This document shows positions 1 to 12,089 of a DNA stretch of 64,000 bases, piece after piece. This DNA comes from Lama guanicoe (taxonomy: Eukaryota). Where the stretch lies: contig MU056050.1 in assembly GCA_013239625.1 (NCBI GenBank), forward strand, positions 4,473,366 through 4,537,365, in the 5' to 3' direction. A program made the position numbers and the translations under genes. The notes beneath the pieces were generated by a model. The model worked only from the letters and a program-made list of their open reading frames with translations. It was not told the origin of the DNA and made no database searches. Numbering within the stretch: the stretch's first letter is position 1; the number at the start of each line of letters is the position of its first letter.

Positions 1-597
1 GTTTTCAGAGATGGGGGTATGCACCCTTCCCCCGAGAGCACATCAACCTTGCTGTTTTATGGAGGGCCCAGGTTGTTCTGTCCTGTACACCCACAGCCCC
101 GGCGCCCAGCCCCTTGCAGTCCCCCGGAGCTGCCTCCGTGCAGCCGCCCCCGTCCTCCGCCCGGCTTGTGCAGCCTGGCCCTGCCCGCCGCTGCCGGCCC
201 GCGTCTCAGGCTGGGTGTCGGGGGGACGCTCTGTGCCCGTTTAACTTAGTTCTGTCAGACAAGGGCTGCTCTGTACAGATCCGAGCCTCGGAGGCTCCCC
301 CTCCGTCCCGCTGGCCTCTCAGTTGGAGAGGGGAGACCCAGCGAGCGAGCGCCAGTCCTCCTTTGCCGCTCCCTCCCCGCGGGACCCGTCCCGCGCTGCT
401 TTGCCTTTTGTTCTTTCTTTTTTCCTTTTCTCCTACCAGATTTTTGGCGTCTTTATCTTTTGAAGAGGGCGATGATCTGTCGGAGTTCCGCAGGTGCTCT
501 GGTTGGCTGAGTGGGTCTGTAGATGTGGGTCTTGGTGTATTTGTGGGAGAGGGTGACTTACAAGCGTCCTTCTACTCCGCCATCTTGCCTCTTCCTC
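1..597 (-). mobile_element. LINE-1 5' UTR (5' terminus of a young, probably full-length L1 continuing left of the window)
   Basis: Minus strand from 597 reads GAGGAAGAGGCAAGATGGCGGAGTAGAAGGACG, a typical L1 start with the YY1 motif CAAGATGGCG. CpG-rich, with an abrupt switch to AT-rich flank. The flank reads TT/AAAATAAATGCATGT on minus (614-598), an L1 endonuclease-type site. Confidence 0.88.
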
Positions 598-1120
598 ACA
601 TGCATTTATTTTAATTAAAAGTACTTTTATTTTCCTTCTTTCAGTGAGCTCTCCTGGTGTCTTAAAACATGATAAAAAATTCAATTGGCATTTATTATTT
701 TCTGGTGAAATATGCCATGGTTTCATATCAAGACTGTTTTTATGCAAATGATTTTAAAAATCAGATCATCGGGGAAAATTTTATTTTGTCTTCCTTATGT
801 AACTGATATGTAAATATTTCCCCTTTTCTCTTTTGGTGATTTGCATTTATTTATCTTATGAAGGACGGCACTCATCCATGTCACTGACCCTTTATTAGGT
901 GGGAAAGAAGCTCCTTCTCCACTTCCTTTTCCCTTTGCCTTTGTTTTCAGTTAATATGGTAAGTAGAAAATAGTAGCCAATAACAGGTTAAGATACTTGC
1001 TTGTGACAGATAAGCAGTGGGAGCTCTGTAATGTGGGTAGTGTCACACATGAGCTGTGGGATACTTTTGGCTTTTGCAAGCTTTAGCTGCTTATATAAGA
1101 AACATTTTAATTCTAGATGC

Positions 1121-1283
1121 CAGTGGTTCTTATCATCTTTGGGGTCATGAACCTATTTAAGAATCTGTTGAAAGCTATGGATTCTCTCCCCCCAAAATGC
1201 ACATACTTGCAAAAATTTGCATACAATTTCAGGAGGTTTACTGACTCTGAAAATTCAGCCAGGAACACCCATTAACTACCTTT
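1121..1283. mobile_element. hAT-Charlie-type MITE (degenerate)
   Basis: Begins CAGTGGTTCT (Charlie-type TIR); the internal text gagaatctg..gaaagctatgga..aaaatgcacatac resembles short MER hAT elements. Confidence 0.6.
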
Positions 1284-2498
1284 GCTCATACTTCCAGTAC
1301 TCATTTCTTTGTTTTATTGCTAACTCAGCCTTTAAAAGTACCTTTTGAAATGTGGTGGAATTGTGCCAAACACTGGGGAAAAAATTTGAACGAGTGCAGT
1401 TTTTTTCTGGAAACCACAGCTTCCTTTTTAAATCCTTTCCTTCCAGTATTTCTCCTACCTCACCTTCTCAACATATTGCATTTTCCTATAGGAAGCAAGA
1501 ATCTTTATTTTCTTATTAAGTATGTTTCCTAGAAAGGACATGAAGAAGCAATTGTACTAAAAATAGAAATGTATAATGAGAATTGAAGTGATAGCCCTCC
1601 CAAGGAAATTTGCCCTTTAGCAGAAACAAGGAATATGGACCCAAGTAAATTCTTCTCTAATAGTAGATACAGGCATCTGGTTAGGTGGGTGAGGTACATC
1701 ACTGGAGTGGGAAGACTCTGAACAGCCTACTAATCTTCCTGTGAATGCAGTTGATCATTCTTTAATATGAAAACATGGCCACAAGGTAGAAAAATACTTG
1801 ATAATGCAGGTTTTACTTCATAGATAGTGCTGTGATGGTTTTTCAATTATTTTGAGTAGTTATTCCTCTAGCTTATTTAATTTTTCTGATAATGAAGTCA
1901 TGCCCTAATGGTGTTCTAGTGTACTTTTCTTTGTAGAGATTATAAAGTCAGTACATTTTTCATCTCAATAACACTTTCATTCAATTCTTGGTACCTCAGA
2001 GTCACTGAATATAAGATTATGTGTTTACCTATTAGGAAGAGTTTTATTATAGAATTTCTTTTGCATAAAATTATGGTCACCTCCTCGAGGACTCAAAATA
2101 TAATAGTACTACTCCTGCTAGCTTAAAGACATAATGATGACATTTTGGTTCAATATGTAAATGCAAAAATATTCAGTATACCATAGTATTTCAAGAATGT
2201 TCATTTGCTTTACTGATGAAAATCATTCCACTGAGAATATTCCATTTAGATTATTTTTTATGATTGTTCCATTGTCATGATGCAGTAAAATGCAAAGTGA
2301 ATAAGTAGAATGGAAGTCCTTAAGCATCTGTCTTTAAAATTCAGCAGATTACCCTTATTTACAAATGAAGGTCTAGCCAATAAGAAAAGGTCTTCTTTCA
2401 TGTTCTTCTTTAGAGCAGAGTCTACAATATCTGCTTGGAATGTTACGTCAGTCAAGGTGATACAAAAGAAAAAGCAACAACCAAATTCAAATGGTTCA

Positions 2499-3065
2499 TG
2501 TATTAGTTTTCTATTCCCTGCATAACAAATTATCCCAAACTTGGAGACATAAGCAACTCCCATTTATTATCTCACTGTTTCTATGGATCAGACATTCTGG
2601 TATGATGTAGCTGGTCTCACCACGGTCTCATCAGATTGAAATCAAGATGTCATCTGGGTCTGTGATTTGCGATTTAAAATCTTTTTCCAGGCTCATTTGA
2701 ATCACTGACAGAATTCAGTTCCTAGCAGTTGTAAACTGAGGACCCAGTTGTTTTGCTGATTGCCAGTTAGTGAGTCTAAGCTTCTAGAGATTGCCTTCAG
2801 GCCCTAGCATGTGGTCCGCTCACAACATAGTAGCTTGCTTCTTCAATGCCAGCAGGGAAATTTCACCCTAGCCTACTATAGGGAAGTGTGTGTAATGTAA
2901 CAAATGTGACTATCTCATCACCTTTGCCGTATGTGGTAAGCTAACTAAAGTAGTGACTACCATCATAGTCATGGGTCCTCTCACAGTCTGGGGAGAGGAT
3001 TAGACAGCGCATGTAATACCGAGAGCGAAATTATTGAGAGCCAGTTTAGAATTCTGCTCAACACA
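2499..3065 (-). mobile_element. MaLR solo LTR (MLT1 family)
   Basis: Starts tgtattagttttctatt...cataacaaattatcccaaactt (reverse of the MLT1 3' end) and ends agaattctgctcaacaca. Confidence 0.8.
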
Positions 3066-3169
3066 GTTTCACATAAGTGTGGACTTTCTGCTTAATCCGA
3101 GCCTGTTGCAGGTATGTGTGACCCTCCAGCCCCGCTGTCCTTCATAGTTAACTATCTTGACTGCTTCAG

Positions 3170-3430
3170 TCTTTCGGCATGGCTACATCTCCATGACACT
3201 GCTCCCTCAACTGCCTTGGAAGTAGAAGCAGCATTGGAGAGATAAGAACCAGCAATGAAATATTTCCAGCCTAAAGTGAAGTGATCTATGCTACTTCCAC
3301 TTACATTTTATCAGCCAGTGAGAGTCAAATGGCTCTGCCTAACTTCAAGAGAGAGGGAAATGAAATCTCCCCACACACCTGTAAGTAGATGATAACCAGA
3401 TATCAGTAAACAGTAGAAATGCCTACCACA
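3170..3430 (-). mobile_element. Old MLT1 LTR fragment
   Basis: gccagtgagagtcaaatggctctgcctaacttcaag...gcctaccaca resembles old MLT1 in reverse. Confidence 0.55.
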
Positions 3431-3495
3431 AAATTTTGATATCTGTCTCAGGCTCCTTTCTCATAGATGGGTGGTACATTAGTGTAGGATGAGTT

Positions 3496-3590
3496 CTTTT
3501 TATTCTTAAAGAGCTTTATTGAGATATAATCTACACATCATAAAGTTCACCCATTTAAGGTATACATTCAGTGATGTTCGGTATATTTAC
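3496..3590 (-). mobile_element. L1M 3' end fragment
   Basis: gctttattgagatataat..catcataaagttcacccatttaag is the reverse of an L1M 3' terminus. Confidence 0.7.
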
Positions 3591-3829
3591 CAGAAGAGAT
3601 CTTGAATGTATAATCTTAATAAGCATCTCTTAAGTGTCTACTGTGTGTGTCATAATATTAAATCTAATGAAGAGAAAAAGAAAAAAGAAAATAAACATTT
3701 TTACCTTGATATCACTGTTTCACTGGGGAGGAGAAAGTGAACATATAGGAAATTACCAGAGAACAATCTCATGCATTTAAATATATATTTTAAAAAATAC
3801 CCAAAACATGATTCAAAACAGGAAGGGAA

Positions 3830-4050
3830 ATCACATTTATTGAATATCTACTATTTGACAGCCCCCATGCTAAATGTCTTGTATATACTATCTCATGTAA
3901 GCTTCAGAGTAATCCTGTTTTCTCCAATTTTTACAGCCGTAGAAGCTAAGGCTCAGAGAAGTTAAATGTCTTGGCCAATTTTGCACGGCTAGAAATTGAG
4001 TTAGAATTTACCCTCAGTTCATTCTTATCTAAGACCCAGGTTTGTTCTGC
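3830..4050 (-). mobile_element. MIR SINE
   Basis: Reverse MIR core ttttacagccgtagaagctaaggctcagagaagttaa. Confidence 0.75.
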
Positions 4051-4172
4051 TACACTATGTTATCACAACAACAGACATCAACCCAGTGGAATGAGGCTTA
4101 TCTGGGACTATACTGGTAGGACACCATTTTGAACATAGGGCTAGATATAGATTGGTAAAATAGTGGTTCCTC

Positions 4173-4212
4173 TGTATGTGCGTGTGTGTGTGTGTGCGTG
4201 TGCACACACACA
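4173..4212. repeat. (TG)n/(CA)n microsatellite
   Basis: tgtgcgtgtgtgtg...gcacacacaca seen directly. Confidence 0.9.
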
Positions 4213-4351
4213 TGCAAAATTGTGCCTGTGTGTATATTAACTTCACTTCACTTACCTTCAAATGAGTAAACATTTGGACTTCAAACAACATCTGGACACT
4301 TCCTTGCAAAGTCCTTACATTTACCCTTCTGTTATAAAACATTGGTATATT

Positions 4352-4760
4352 TATTTATTCAATCAGGAAACACTTACAGAGAACTGGTGATGTCCCTAAG
4401 CACCTATTCTGCTAAGTCCTGAGATTAATACAATTTGAATTGCTTATCAAGAAATTGCTACAATAAAGATCATATTAGATAAATAAAGGAAGTACACAGT
4501 GCCACTGAAGCTAAGTAGTTAGAGACAGTTGGTATTTGGGGGCAGATCAAAGAAGTCTTCATGAAAAAACAATGTGAGAAGTGAAAACTGAAAGGAAGAA
4601 AAATTTTTTGACAGAGAAGGGGATAGAAAGTGCAGTTCGTGTAGCAAAAATGGTGGGAAAGCAAAGAAGGTACTTGGGAAAATATAAGCCATCATGTTTC
4701 TGGAACACAGGAAATATAAACCAGAGTGGTGGATGATCATGGAAGGCTTTGAATGAAATG
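4352..4760 (-). mobile_element. L2 3' fragment
   Basis: tttattcaatc..aagcacctattctgctaagtcctgag followed by purine-rich sequence, resembling a reverse L2 3' end. Confidence 0.55.
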
Positions 4761-4912
4761 TTAAAGAAAATTACGCTTGACAAAGGGTTTATAGCTTTCT
4801 GCTGATGGCAGGATCCTTTTAATAACCTCTAAGGAGGACAAGAGAGATCCAGAAATGAGGGAAGAGAATTGGACTCAGTATCCGTCAAGATTAAGTTAAT
4901 GGAATATGGCTT

Positions 4913-5924
4913 TGTAATGTAACCGTGAATCATGAGGAAGGAAAGTATTCTGGGGCATTATAGGGTTGATGTTACCTTGACCAGTCAATATGCCTCTGAT
5001 ATAGACCTGTTGAGGGATTTTGGCAAGAAATGAATTCTCATAATGTGAAACATGTCTAAATTTTTAGATACTTTGGGAGATGCAAATTGCAATCTGAAAT
5101 GTGGGAACTACTCTTACTCTCAAGGTGTACCGCTTCCATCTAACTAGCAGCAGAAACCTTGTTGAGGGGAACACACTTGTGACTCACAGTAGATATCTGA
5201 AGGTGTACAAGACATAGAGAAACTTGGGACTTGCTTCTTGAGGAAAAAGTAGTATATCCTGAGAAAAAAGGACAGAAGGGACTTTTTCAAAGAAGACATT
5301 AATGGAGATAAGGACTACAGGAAAAAGGAAGAAAGGATAACGTGAGGAAGGAGACAGTGGCCATGTGTGATACCCTGACTATCCAGGCAGTAAGGCCTCA
5401 AGCATTTTTGCATGATACAGATGGAAGAGGTGGTGACACTAGATATATAATGCCCACATTTTCCACCCCCATTTTCTCTCTATGGTTTGAGTATAATCTT
5501 TCTCTTTACCAAGGTTGTGTGTATTTGGAAGAGGGAGCAAAAATAGCCTGCTCCCCTCTCTGCCACAGTCACAGGCAAGAATTAGAAACAGCATCGTCAA
5601 CTGACTATACCTCAATAAAAATAGATATATACAACAAAAAAGAAAGAAACAGCATCACTGTGTCCTGGAGGGGGATAAGTGTATCCATTTTGAAACAGCA
5701 TCCCTGTTAGAGAACAGCTCCACCCAATCCTGCCTTGGTGGCTACATAGAGATAGCTTAGATATCTTATGTGACAAAAGAGAAGAGCTTATCACATTGGT
5801 GAAATTTGTGGTAGCTTTTGTACTGTCTGTGAACTTTGGCATATTTCCTGGCTAAGTGTGAACCAAACCATACTGTAGAATTAAGCCAGAAGTGCCTCCC
5901 ATCCTGGTTGCCAAACTCTTACCA
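4913..5924 (+). mobile_element. Putative 5' LTR of an ancient Gypsy (MamGyp-like) element
   Basis: Starts TGTAA at 4913 and ends ..cttacca just before a PBS-like motif and the gag remnant. The left boundary is inferred. Confidence 0.45.
5596..5644 (+). mobile_element. Extremely 5'-truncated L1 tail insertion
   Basis: aactgactatacctcaataaaa matches the L1 3' ends near 18040 and 27335. Perfect 12-bp TSD AGAAACAGCATC at 5584-5595 and 5645-5656. Confidence 0.85.
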
Positions 5925-5927
5925 GAA

Positions 5928-5940
5928 TGGTGCGAGAAGA
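5928..5940 (+). promoter_or_regulatory. Degenerate primer-binding site
   Basis: TGGTGCGAGAAGA resembles the tRNA-Leu-type PBS TGGTGTCAGAAG; it lies 3 nt after the putative LTR end and just before the ATG at 5945. Confidence 0.5.
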
Positions 5941-5944
5941 CAAA

Positions 5945-6760
5945 ATGGACCCAGCAAAAACAATAAAGGTGCTTGTATTAACCTGTCATAGTAAGAGAGA
6001 TGTGGTTAAAAAGGAACCCTTAGATTGGGAGTTGACGTGGGACTCTTGAGTTGTACTATTTAAGAGTAGATATTCCATGTAGAAGTCTGGGATTTTCCAG
6101 TATCACGTACCTTTCCCAGGTCAATTCCTTTCTTCAGGAAGAGGGTGGACCATAGGCATTTGTGATCGTTCATCTTCTGAGAAGTAATTTTGGGTTTTTT
6201 TTGTTTGTTTTAAGAAAATCAGATCAGTCCTTGATAGAAAAGTCAAACCTTTGTCCAAGATGTTGAGACTGATTTAGAGACCCACACAAGCACAGACAGG
6301 CTGCTGGCTGTTTCTGTACCTTGGATTGATAGTCTATGATAGACAGCAGGGAAGACAGTATGACCCGTAGTTGACACAACTATTAGATATAGAAAATAAA
6401 GAGTATTTCCAGAAGAGTTTAAACTATAGATTGATTACATTAAGGATGTTGCCAGGAATAGAATTCTTCACAATTTGAGAAATGAAGAAGGGTCACAGAG
6501 TATTTGAAACAACATACCCTCTAGGTTGGATTAGTGTAAATGTGTATACTCTTTTTGGTAAATTGTTCTATTGTCTTAGATTAAGTCTTTGGCAGTATAG
6601 AGAACTCCAAAGAAGTGCTTACTACTTTTTTGACAACCCAGTGGGAGTGATGGGAAAACTTTCTTAATATGCAACAAGATGGTAGATGTTATTATGGAAG
6701 ACTGTAGAAAAGAATAGTGCAGAAGATAGCCTCAGGTTTCATGAATATCCTGAGAATAAA
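5945..6760 (+). pseudogene. Decayed Ty3/Gypsy gag (PNMA-like capsid)
   Basis: Manual translation across stops and frameshifts gives, in order: EEGGP*AFV; FKKIRSVLDRKVKPLSKMLRLI; RYRK*RVFPEEFKL*IDYI (from 6385); QE*NSSQFEK*RRVTEYL; LD*VFGSIENSKEVLTTFLTTQ (VFG at 6585); GKLS*YATRW*MLLWKTVEK. These are collinear with PNMA motifs GKGGPW, YRKLRVFSG..EEFE.WL, EW..SE.EKRRRL.ESL, LEQVFGSVE, GEKLSAYVIRLEPLLQKVVEK. Confidence 0.8.
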
Positions 6761-8319
6761 ATCCTTTCAAGAATTTTATTACTAATTCAAGTAGATTCAA
6801 CTGATTCCAGTGGAAGAGGAAAATGATTCAGATAAATTTAAGTCCATAGATATTTGGAGGTCAAATAAATTGACTGATGTGGTATTTTAGACTGAGCTCA
6901 ATCTTCATGGCTGTGAGAGAAGAACCATGGCAAGATCGATTGGAGTTATGGTGGCAAACATAAACATGAAGCACTGGCATCCTCACTTCCAGAGAATACC
7001 ATGGTAAGCCTGTCTTTTGCTTGCTTTTGTTTTCCCCACCAGCAAATGTGTATTTCATGGTAAGTTGTGTGCTCCTAGAAGGTTGCTCCCTAATATAATT
7101 TGGATTATAATGTATTGATTATTGAATACTGGGCAGATTTTGAGTTTACAGTGTTGCTTTCCAATATGGCTAATGGGTTCATTCGCCTGATAACCTTTCA
7201 AGTAACATGCCCTTGTTGCATTGTTGTTTTGTTTTATTTCAACATGATAATTGTGGTTAAGGATCTTGGAAATTACCTAGAAATCCATTCTCAGGTGAAT
7301 TTGACAGACCAACTTCTGGATTCCCTGAGGCTTGTTTAACCCTTTTCTGACTACAGTGGGTGAAACAGGAGATAAGAGGACAGGGACTTTTAGACAGTAA
7401 AAACTCCATCCCTTCCTCCTCTTCCTTTTCTGAGCTAAATAACCACTTTAAATCCAAATCAATTTAGCTGTCACATTTTCTGTGGTATATCTGCATGTAT
7501 CAATCTACATCATCTATTTCTATCTCTGTTTCCAGCTCTTTGCATGGAAAACTGCTCATGTTCTAAGGTAGGATATAAGAAATAATTCTGAAGTAAATAA
7601 ATCAATAATTTCCACTAAAAATAATTTATTTAAAATTATTTAATTGCCTTGAAAGATATATGTTATTTGTATCCATTTTTTTTTTGAACTCTGGGCGTTA
7701 CTTTCTCCTCTTCTCTTTGCTAACTCTAAATCTCCCTGTTTTACAAATGGGAGAAATTAACTTCCACAAAGATTGAAAAGGTGTTGGCAGCCAGCTGGCG
7801 ACCAAGAGACAAAGTGAAATGATTCCCTGAACTAAATTCCATTTATTAGCTAGTTTGAAAAGTGCAAGAATGAATGTGTTTTTAAGGAGAATCGAAGAAT
7901 TAAAACCTATCTTTGTGCCCCACATGATGAGGAATTCTATGTCTGCCTGTGCTAACACCATCAAAGTGAAACCTTTTGATTGTTCAAACACATTGCGCAG
8001 ATCTGTATTTACACTTATAATAAAGGTCAAAATGGTAACTTATTATCAGATGTCATTTTATTTGAACAGTGAGAGGAGAGACTGTTTATCTTATTGAGCC
8101 TTTCTACTAATTTGCTTTGCTGAATGTGGAAAGTGTGATGTGCTGTGTAATTTCATTTGAGCAGTTGCAGGGGAAAACCAACCAAAGAAACAAACTTGGG
8201 CTGTATATTGGCAACCGAGCCTGTAACTTGCTTGGAGGGGCACTAAGATTTTCAAGCCAGAGGGGTTAACTGAGTAAACGTTCAGTAATCTATGAGAAGT
8301 AGGTGATTTCTTAGAAAGA

Positions 8320-8465
8320 GAATAGCTTGGGAGTTAGATATGGAGTCAAAGCTTGACTCTGTCATTTACAGAGTGCATGACCTAGAGAAAGCTAACCCAG
8401 TGATCCTCAGACTTTCAAGCTTCAAGAAAAAGTAGCATAAAAAATAGTGCTACGGACTAACATGT
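8320..8465 (+). mobile_element. MIR SINE (degenerate)
   Basis: gagttagatatggagtcaaagcttgactctgtcatttac..tgacctag matches the MIR 5' half. Confidence 0.55.
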
Positions 8466-8544
8466 GGCCCCAAGTTTTTATTTCACCATGTAAATTTACA
8501 ATAAAACCCCACAAATAAACAAATGAAGAACTATCGATTATCAT

Positions 8545-9620
8545 CTCCATCTAAGGCAGGTGCCTACCCAATATCCGTTTCCCTTCCTTCCTCATTTATA
8601 GAGTCTCAATTTTGCTCATGAAAGCAACACATCCAGCTAAAATACTACATTTACCATTCTCCTTTGTACCTGGGAATAGCTATAAGACACAGTTCAGTGC
8701 AATGAGACGTAAGTGGGAGTCTGCTGGGATTATCTGGAAGACTTCTGTGTTCCTGTTATAGGGGCCACTGATTCTTCCTTGTTGCTTTCTGCTTTTTACC
8801 CCCTGACTTGTGTTACCCCACAAGGGGAAGGGTAAAAACCCCAGGTCTTGCCTTACCCAAAAGATAAGAATTCAGACGGGAGATGGAAGTGTTATGTAGT
8901 AAAAGATTTTAAAGGTTTTATTAGCAAGGGGAAAGTACACCTCCAAGAATGGGAGACAGGCTGATCCAAGGGCAGAGAGCAATGGTCTTTGTTTGCTCCT
9001 TCTCTTATGCCCTTGTTTAGAGGCGGTCTCTTGATTGATTGATGGTTCTTGCCCCTGGAGTGCTTAGTCGTGCTAGTCTTCTTTTGCACATGTCCTTACC
9101 CATGATGCACACAGAAAAGCCCATGGTGGGGTGCCTAAACCACAATGCTAATTATATTACAATGAGCACTGAGTCCTATCCGGTTAGCTCCTTGTCGCTA
9201 TCTCACAGTCACGGCCATCAGGTTCTAACTGACTTCTTGCTGGCACTCATTTAGAGGAAGTAAAGTTCCTTTATGCTGGAGATGAGGCATACCACCATCT
9301 TTCAAACCATCCTCCTTCTCCTCCACCTATCTGCCCAGTGCCTCCATTTACCTAACTGCCTAAAACACTTGGACATGAGGCTGGGGGTGGAGCAGCCATC
9401 TTGTGATCATGCAGTAGACATAAGGGTAAAACTTATATGCTGAGAAAGTCAGAAGAGAAGACCAAAAGGAGCCTTGGTTCTTAGTGGCATTGTGGAGCCA
9501 CCATATTCACTTTGGATTATCCCTTGCAGGAAGTTTCATGGGAGAAAAATAGTTTTTACTTTTTAAACAATTGTTCTCCAGGTTTTTGCTGTTAATGATG
9601 AAGTGTACTCCTAATGGACA
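8545..9620 (+). mobile_element. MLT1 LTR, interrupted by an ERV1-type LTR
   Basis: ccagctaaaatactacattt..caatgagacgtaagtgggagtctgctggg, and after the insert gcagccatcttgtgatcatg..aaggagccttggttctt. Confidence 0.75.
8811..9367 (-). mobile_element. ERV1-type solo LTR (557 bp)
   Basis: TG...CA termini; 4-bp TSD CTTG at 8807-8810 and 9368-9371; AATAAA on minus near 8920. Confidence 0.85.
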
Positions 9621-9959
9621 TATCAGCATTTTATAAAATAAAGATCATTTTAATACTCAAAAGTTTCTTGTCTTGTTTTCTCCAGAAAAGATCTATTCTT
9701 TTCTCTGTGTTTTTCCATCTTCAGAATCCTGTCAGGATATTTTTAGTCCTGTGCCACCGTGACTGCTGCCTCTATCTTCTGCTATGGAACTGCTTAGGTT
9801 TATGTATTGTATCTGCTAGATGAGTCTTCCCTACTGCAAGATATTTCTCTCAGCTGGGCAAGCCCCTTCAGGACTTTTCTAAATAGATGTTCCTGTTGAT
9901 GCTTCCAAACCTGTATTCTCATGGGCTAAGAAAGGATGAATGTGTCCTCTGCCATTTGT

Positions 9960-10720
9960 TCCTTGAAACTTTGCTTTTCCTTTGCTTGAGAATTTCCTAG
10001 GTTTTGTGTAACTTGTGAAACCAAATGGAAGAAAGCATCCTTTTTTAGGACTTCTTTCCCTGAAGCATTTGTATATGCCTTGAGAATTGAATGTTGCTCT
10101 CTTATTTCAGTATTCCTCTGAAACAGTCCCAGCTGAGTTGTATTTCAAAGAGCATTTTATTTTTATATTTTGAGGGTGTGTTATTTAGAGAATGAAAATT
10201 TGACTATTATGACTATTATAGATTCATTGTGGATTGTGTCCTTTGTCTAAGAGTTTAAAATATATTCATTGTCTGGGTTCATCTTTTTACCTTGAATTCT
10301 ATTTTTTTAAACAATAATAATAGTGTGGCTCTCTTTCCTTATAATTATATATAGCTGATTTATCTGTGCCTAACATCCAATTTTAACTTTCTCATACTGT
10401 TTATTTTAGAAATGTATCTTGTAAATACTGCATAGATGAATTTATCGCTAAATCCAATCTGAGAATCTTTTTCTTTTTTAATAAGGTGATTCATTTAAAA
10501 TTTATTTTTGAACTGAAAAGTTTGTTCTTATTTTATGCTTTCTCTCATATCTTTTTTCTTTTTTAATAGAAAATATTTGCTTTATAGTCTATTCATTTAT
10601 CATCTGAAAAGCATGCATTTATTTTCATCTATATTCATGGTAAACATTGATCATTTTAAAACATACTTGAACTTATCAATATTTAATTATCAATGTCATA
10701 AATGATGTATTATTTATTGA
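9960..10720 (-). mobile_element. Old L1M fragments
   Basis: T-rich, e.g. tgtatcttgtaaatactgcatag..aatccaatctgagaatctttt, as in antisense L1M. Confidence 0.6.
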
Positions 10721-11189
10721 GGTCAGCCACATGCTAATTATTTTCATATGTATCTTTTCTTCTCCCTTCTGGAATAACATCTTTCTTCTCCATTTTCCTG
10801 AGTATTTACTTACCTCATCCTGCATTTAAAAATTGTTTTCTACCTCTTAGGCAGCTCGTTTTACCTCAAACTAACCCTATTACATCTCTCCATGTATATG
10901 GTCCATGTGTTACAGAACTGTACAAACCAGAAACAACCCAGAAATACAAACCAGAAGCAAATTTACAGAGGAGGAAGCTCTTAAATCCAGTGCCCGCTAT
11001 TCTTAATATTAAGTGTAGAATAATTCATTTCACTGTCCCAACTCACAGCAGGGTTCAAGCTATGTCTGCTAAGCTCTTTCTAAAGGTTATTAGGTGAAAT
11101 GCTGGCTGATGTTGAAAAGAAACACCTCTGGGTGAGTATCAGCTGAGCTCTTAAACCAAATGTGTTAAGATCATAGTCATCGGGGCCCT

Positions 11190-11485
11190 TAAAATTGCTC
11201 ACTCCCCAGATACTTGCCAGTTCACTCCCTCACTTCATTTCTATGTCCACTTATATGTCACCTCCTCAGAGAGATTGTCCCTACACCTTTACCATTTTAT
11301 ATCTCCTTACCTAATTTTATTATTTTCCATAGCTCTTATTATTGCCTGAATTTCTATTAATTATCTATTAATTTGTTAATTTTCCATCTTCCCCCATTTT
11401 GCATTTCTTTTTGATGGCTTTATCTCCAGAATCTAGAACAGTGATGCATACAAAGTACTCAAAATTTTTTGTTGAACAAATTGAT
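11190..11485 (+). mobile_element. L2 3' end
   Basis: cactccctcacttcatt..atgtcacctcctcagagag..tctagaacagtg..tgttgaacaaat. Confidence 0.75.
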
Positions 11486-12089
11486 TTTCACTTGTCTCCT
11501 GAAGCAGCAAACCCATAAAAAATAGGCTTGAATGGAGTTAAGTGTGGTATTGGAAGAAAAGTGGGTGAAATCTCAGGGAAAAAAAAAGTCAAAAATAGTG
11601 CTTTGGCACACTTGAATACTCTGAATTAGTCTATAGGTGTCAACTTCTTGGAAACAATTAATTTAAAAACTGTAATGCTCAGGGTGCACTGCTCCCTAGA
11701 GCTCTTCCATGCTTAGCCTTCTCCTGTGTTTATTTAACATTCTGAGATACAAAGCACCACTCCCTAGACCCTTTACTAAATGCACATTATACATATTAGA
11801 GCTTAGGTTAGATTAGAAATTGAGAATGGTGTATGGTTGCTGTTGGATACAATGTCTCTGATCTTCTTAGAAAGAAGCTACCGTGAAATAGAGGATATTT
11901 TCCCTTCTTAAGATCAGTTGAGTTTCCATCATTCTCTGCCTCAGGGCCTCATGTGAACTTTCCTTAATTAGAAACTACTCCTATTGTGTGACAGAACTTG
12001 GCCTATTGCTTCAAGTCTGTTGATATTTTGCACAATTTACTGTACCTTTATTAGCAACTCAATGAGAAGATTGGAGAATGTGAACACAT

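Noticed and set aside
11..614. Overlapping Pro/Ala-rich plus-strand ORFs of 76-166 aa
   Set aside because: Antisense readings of the GC-rich L1 5' UTR, where stop codons are scarce.
4256..4328. Possible 73-nt minus-strand exon ending AAG|GTAAGT
   Set aside because: Strong donor but weak pyrimidine tract and no recognisable peptide; may be chance.
5342..5710. 122-aa ORF
   Set aside because: Reads through an L1 tail insertion inside a putative LTR; no recognisable homology.
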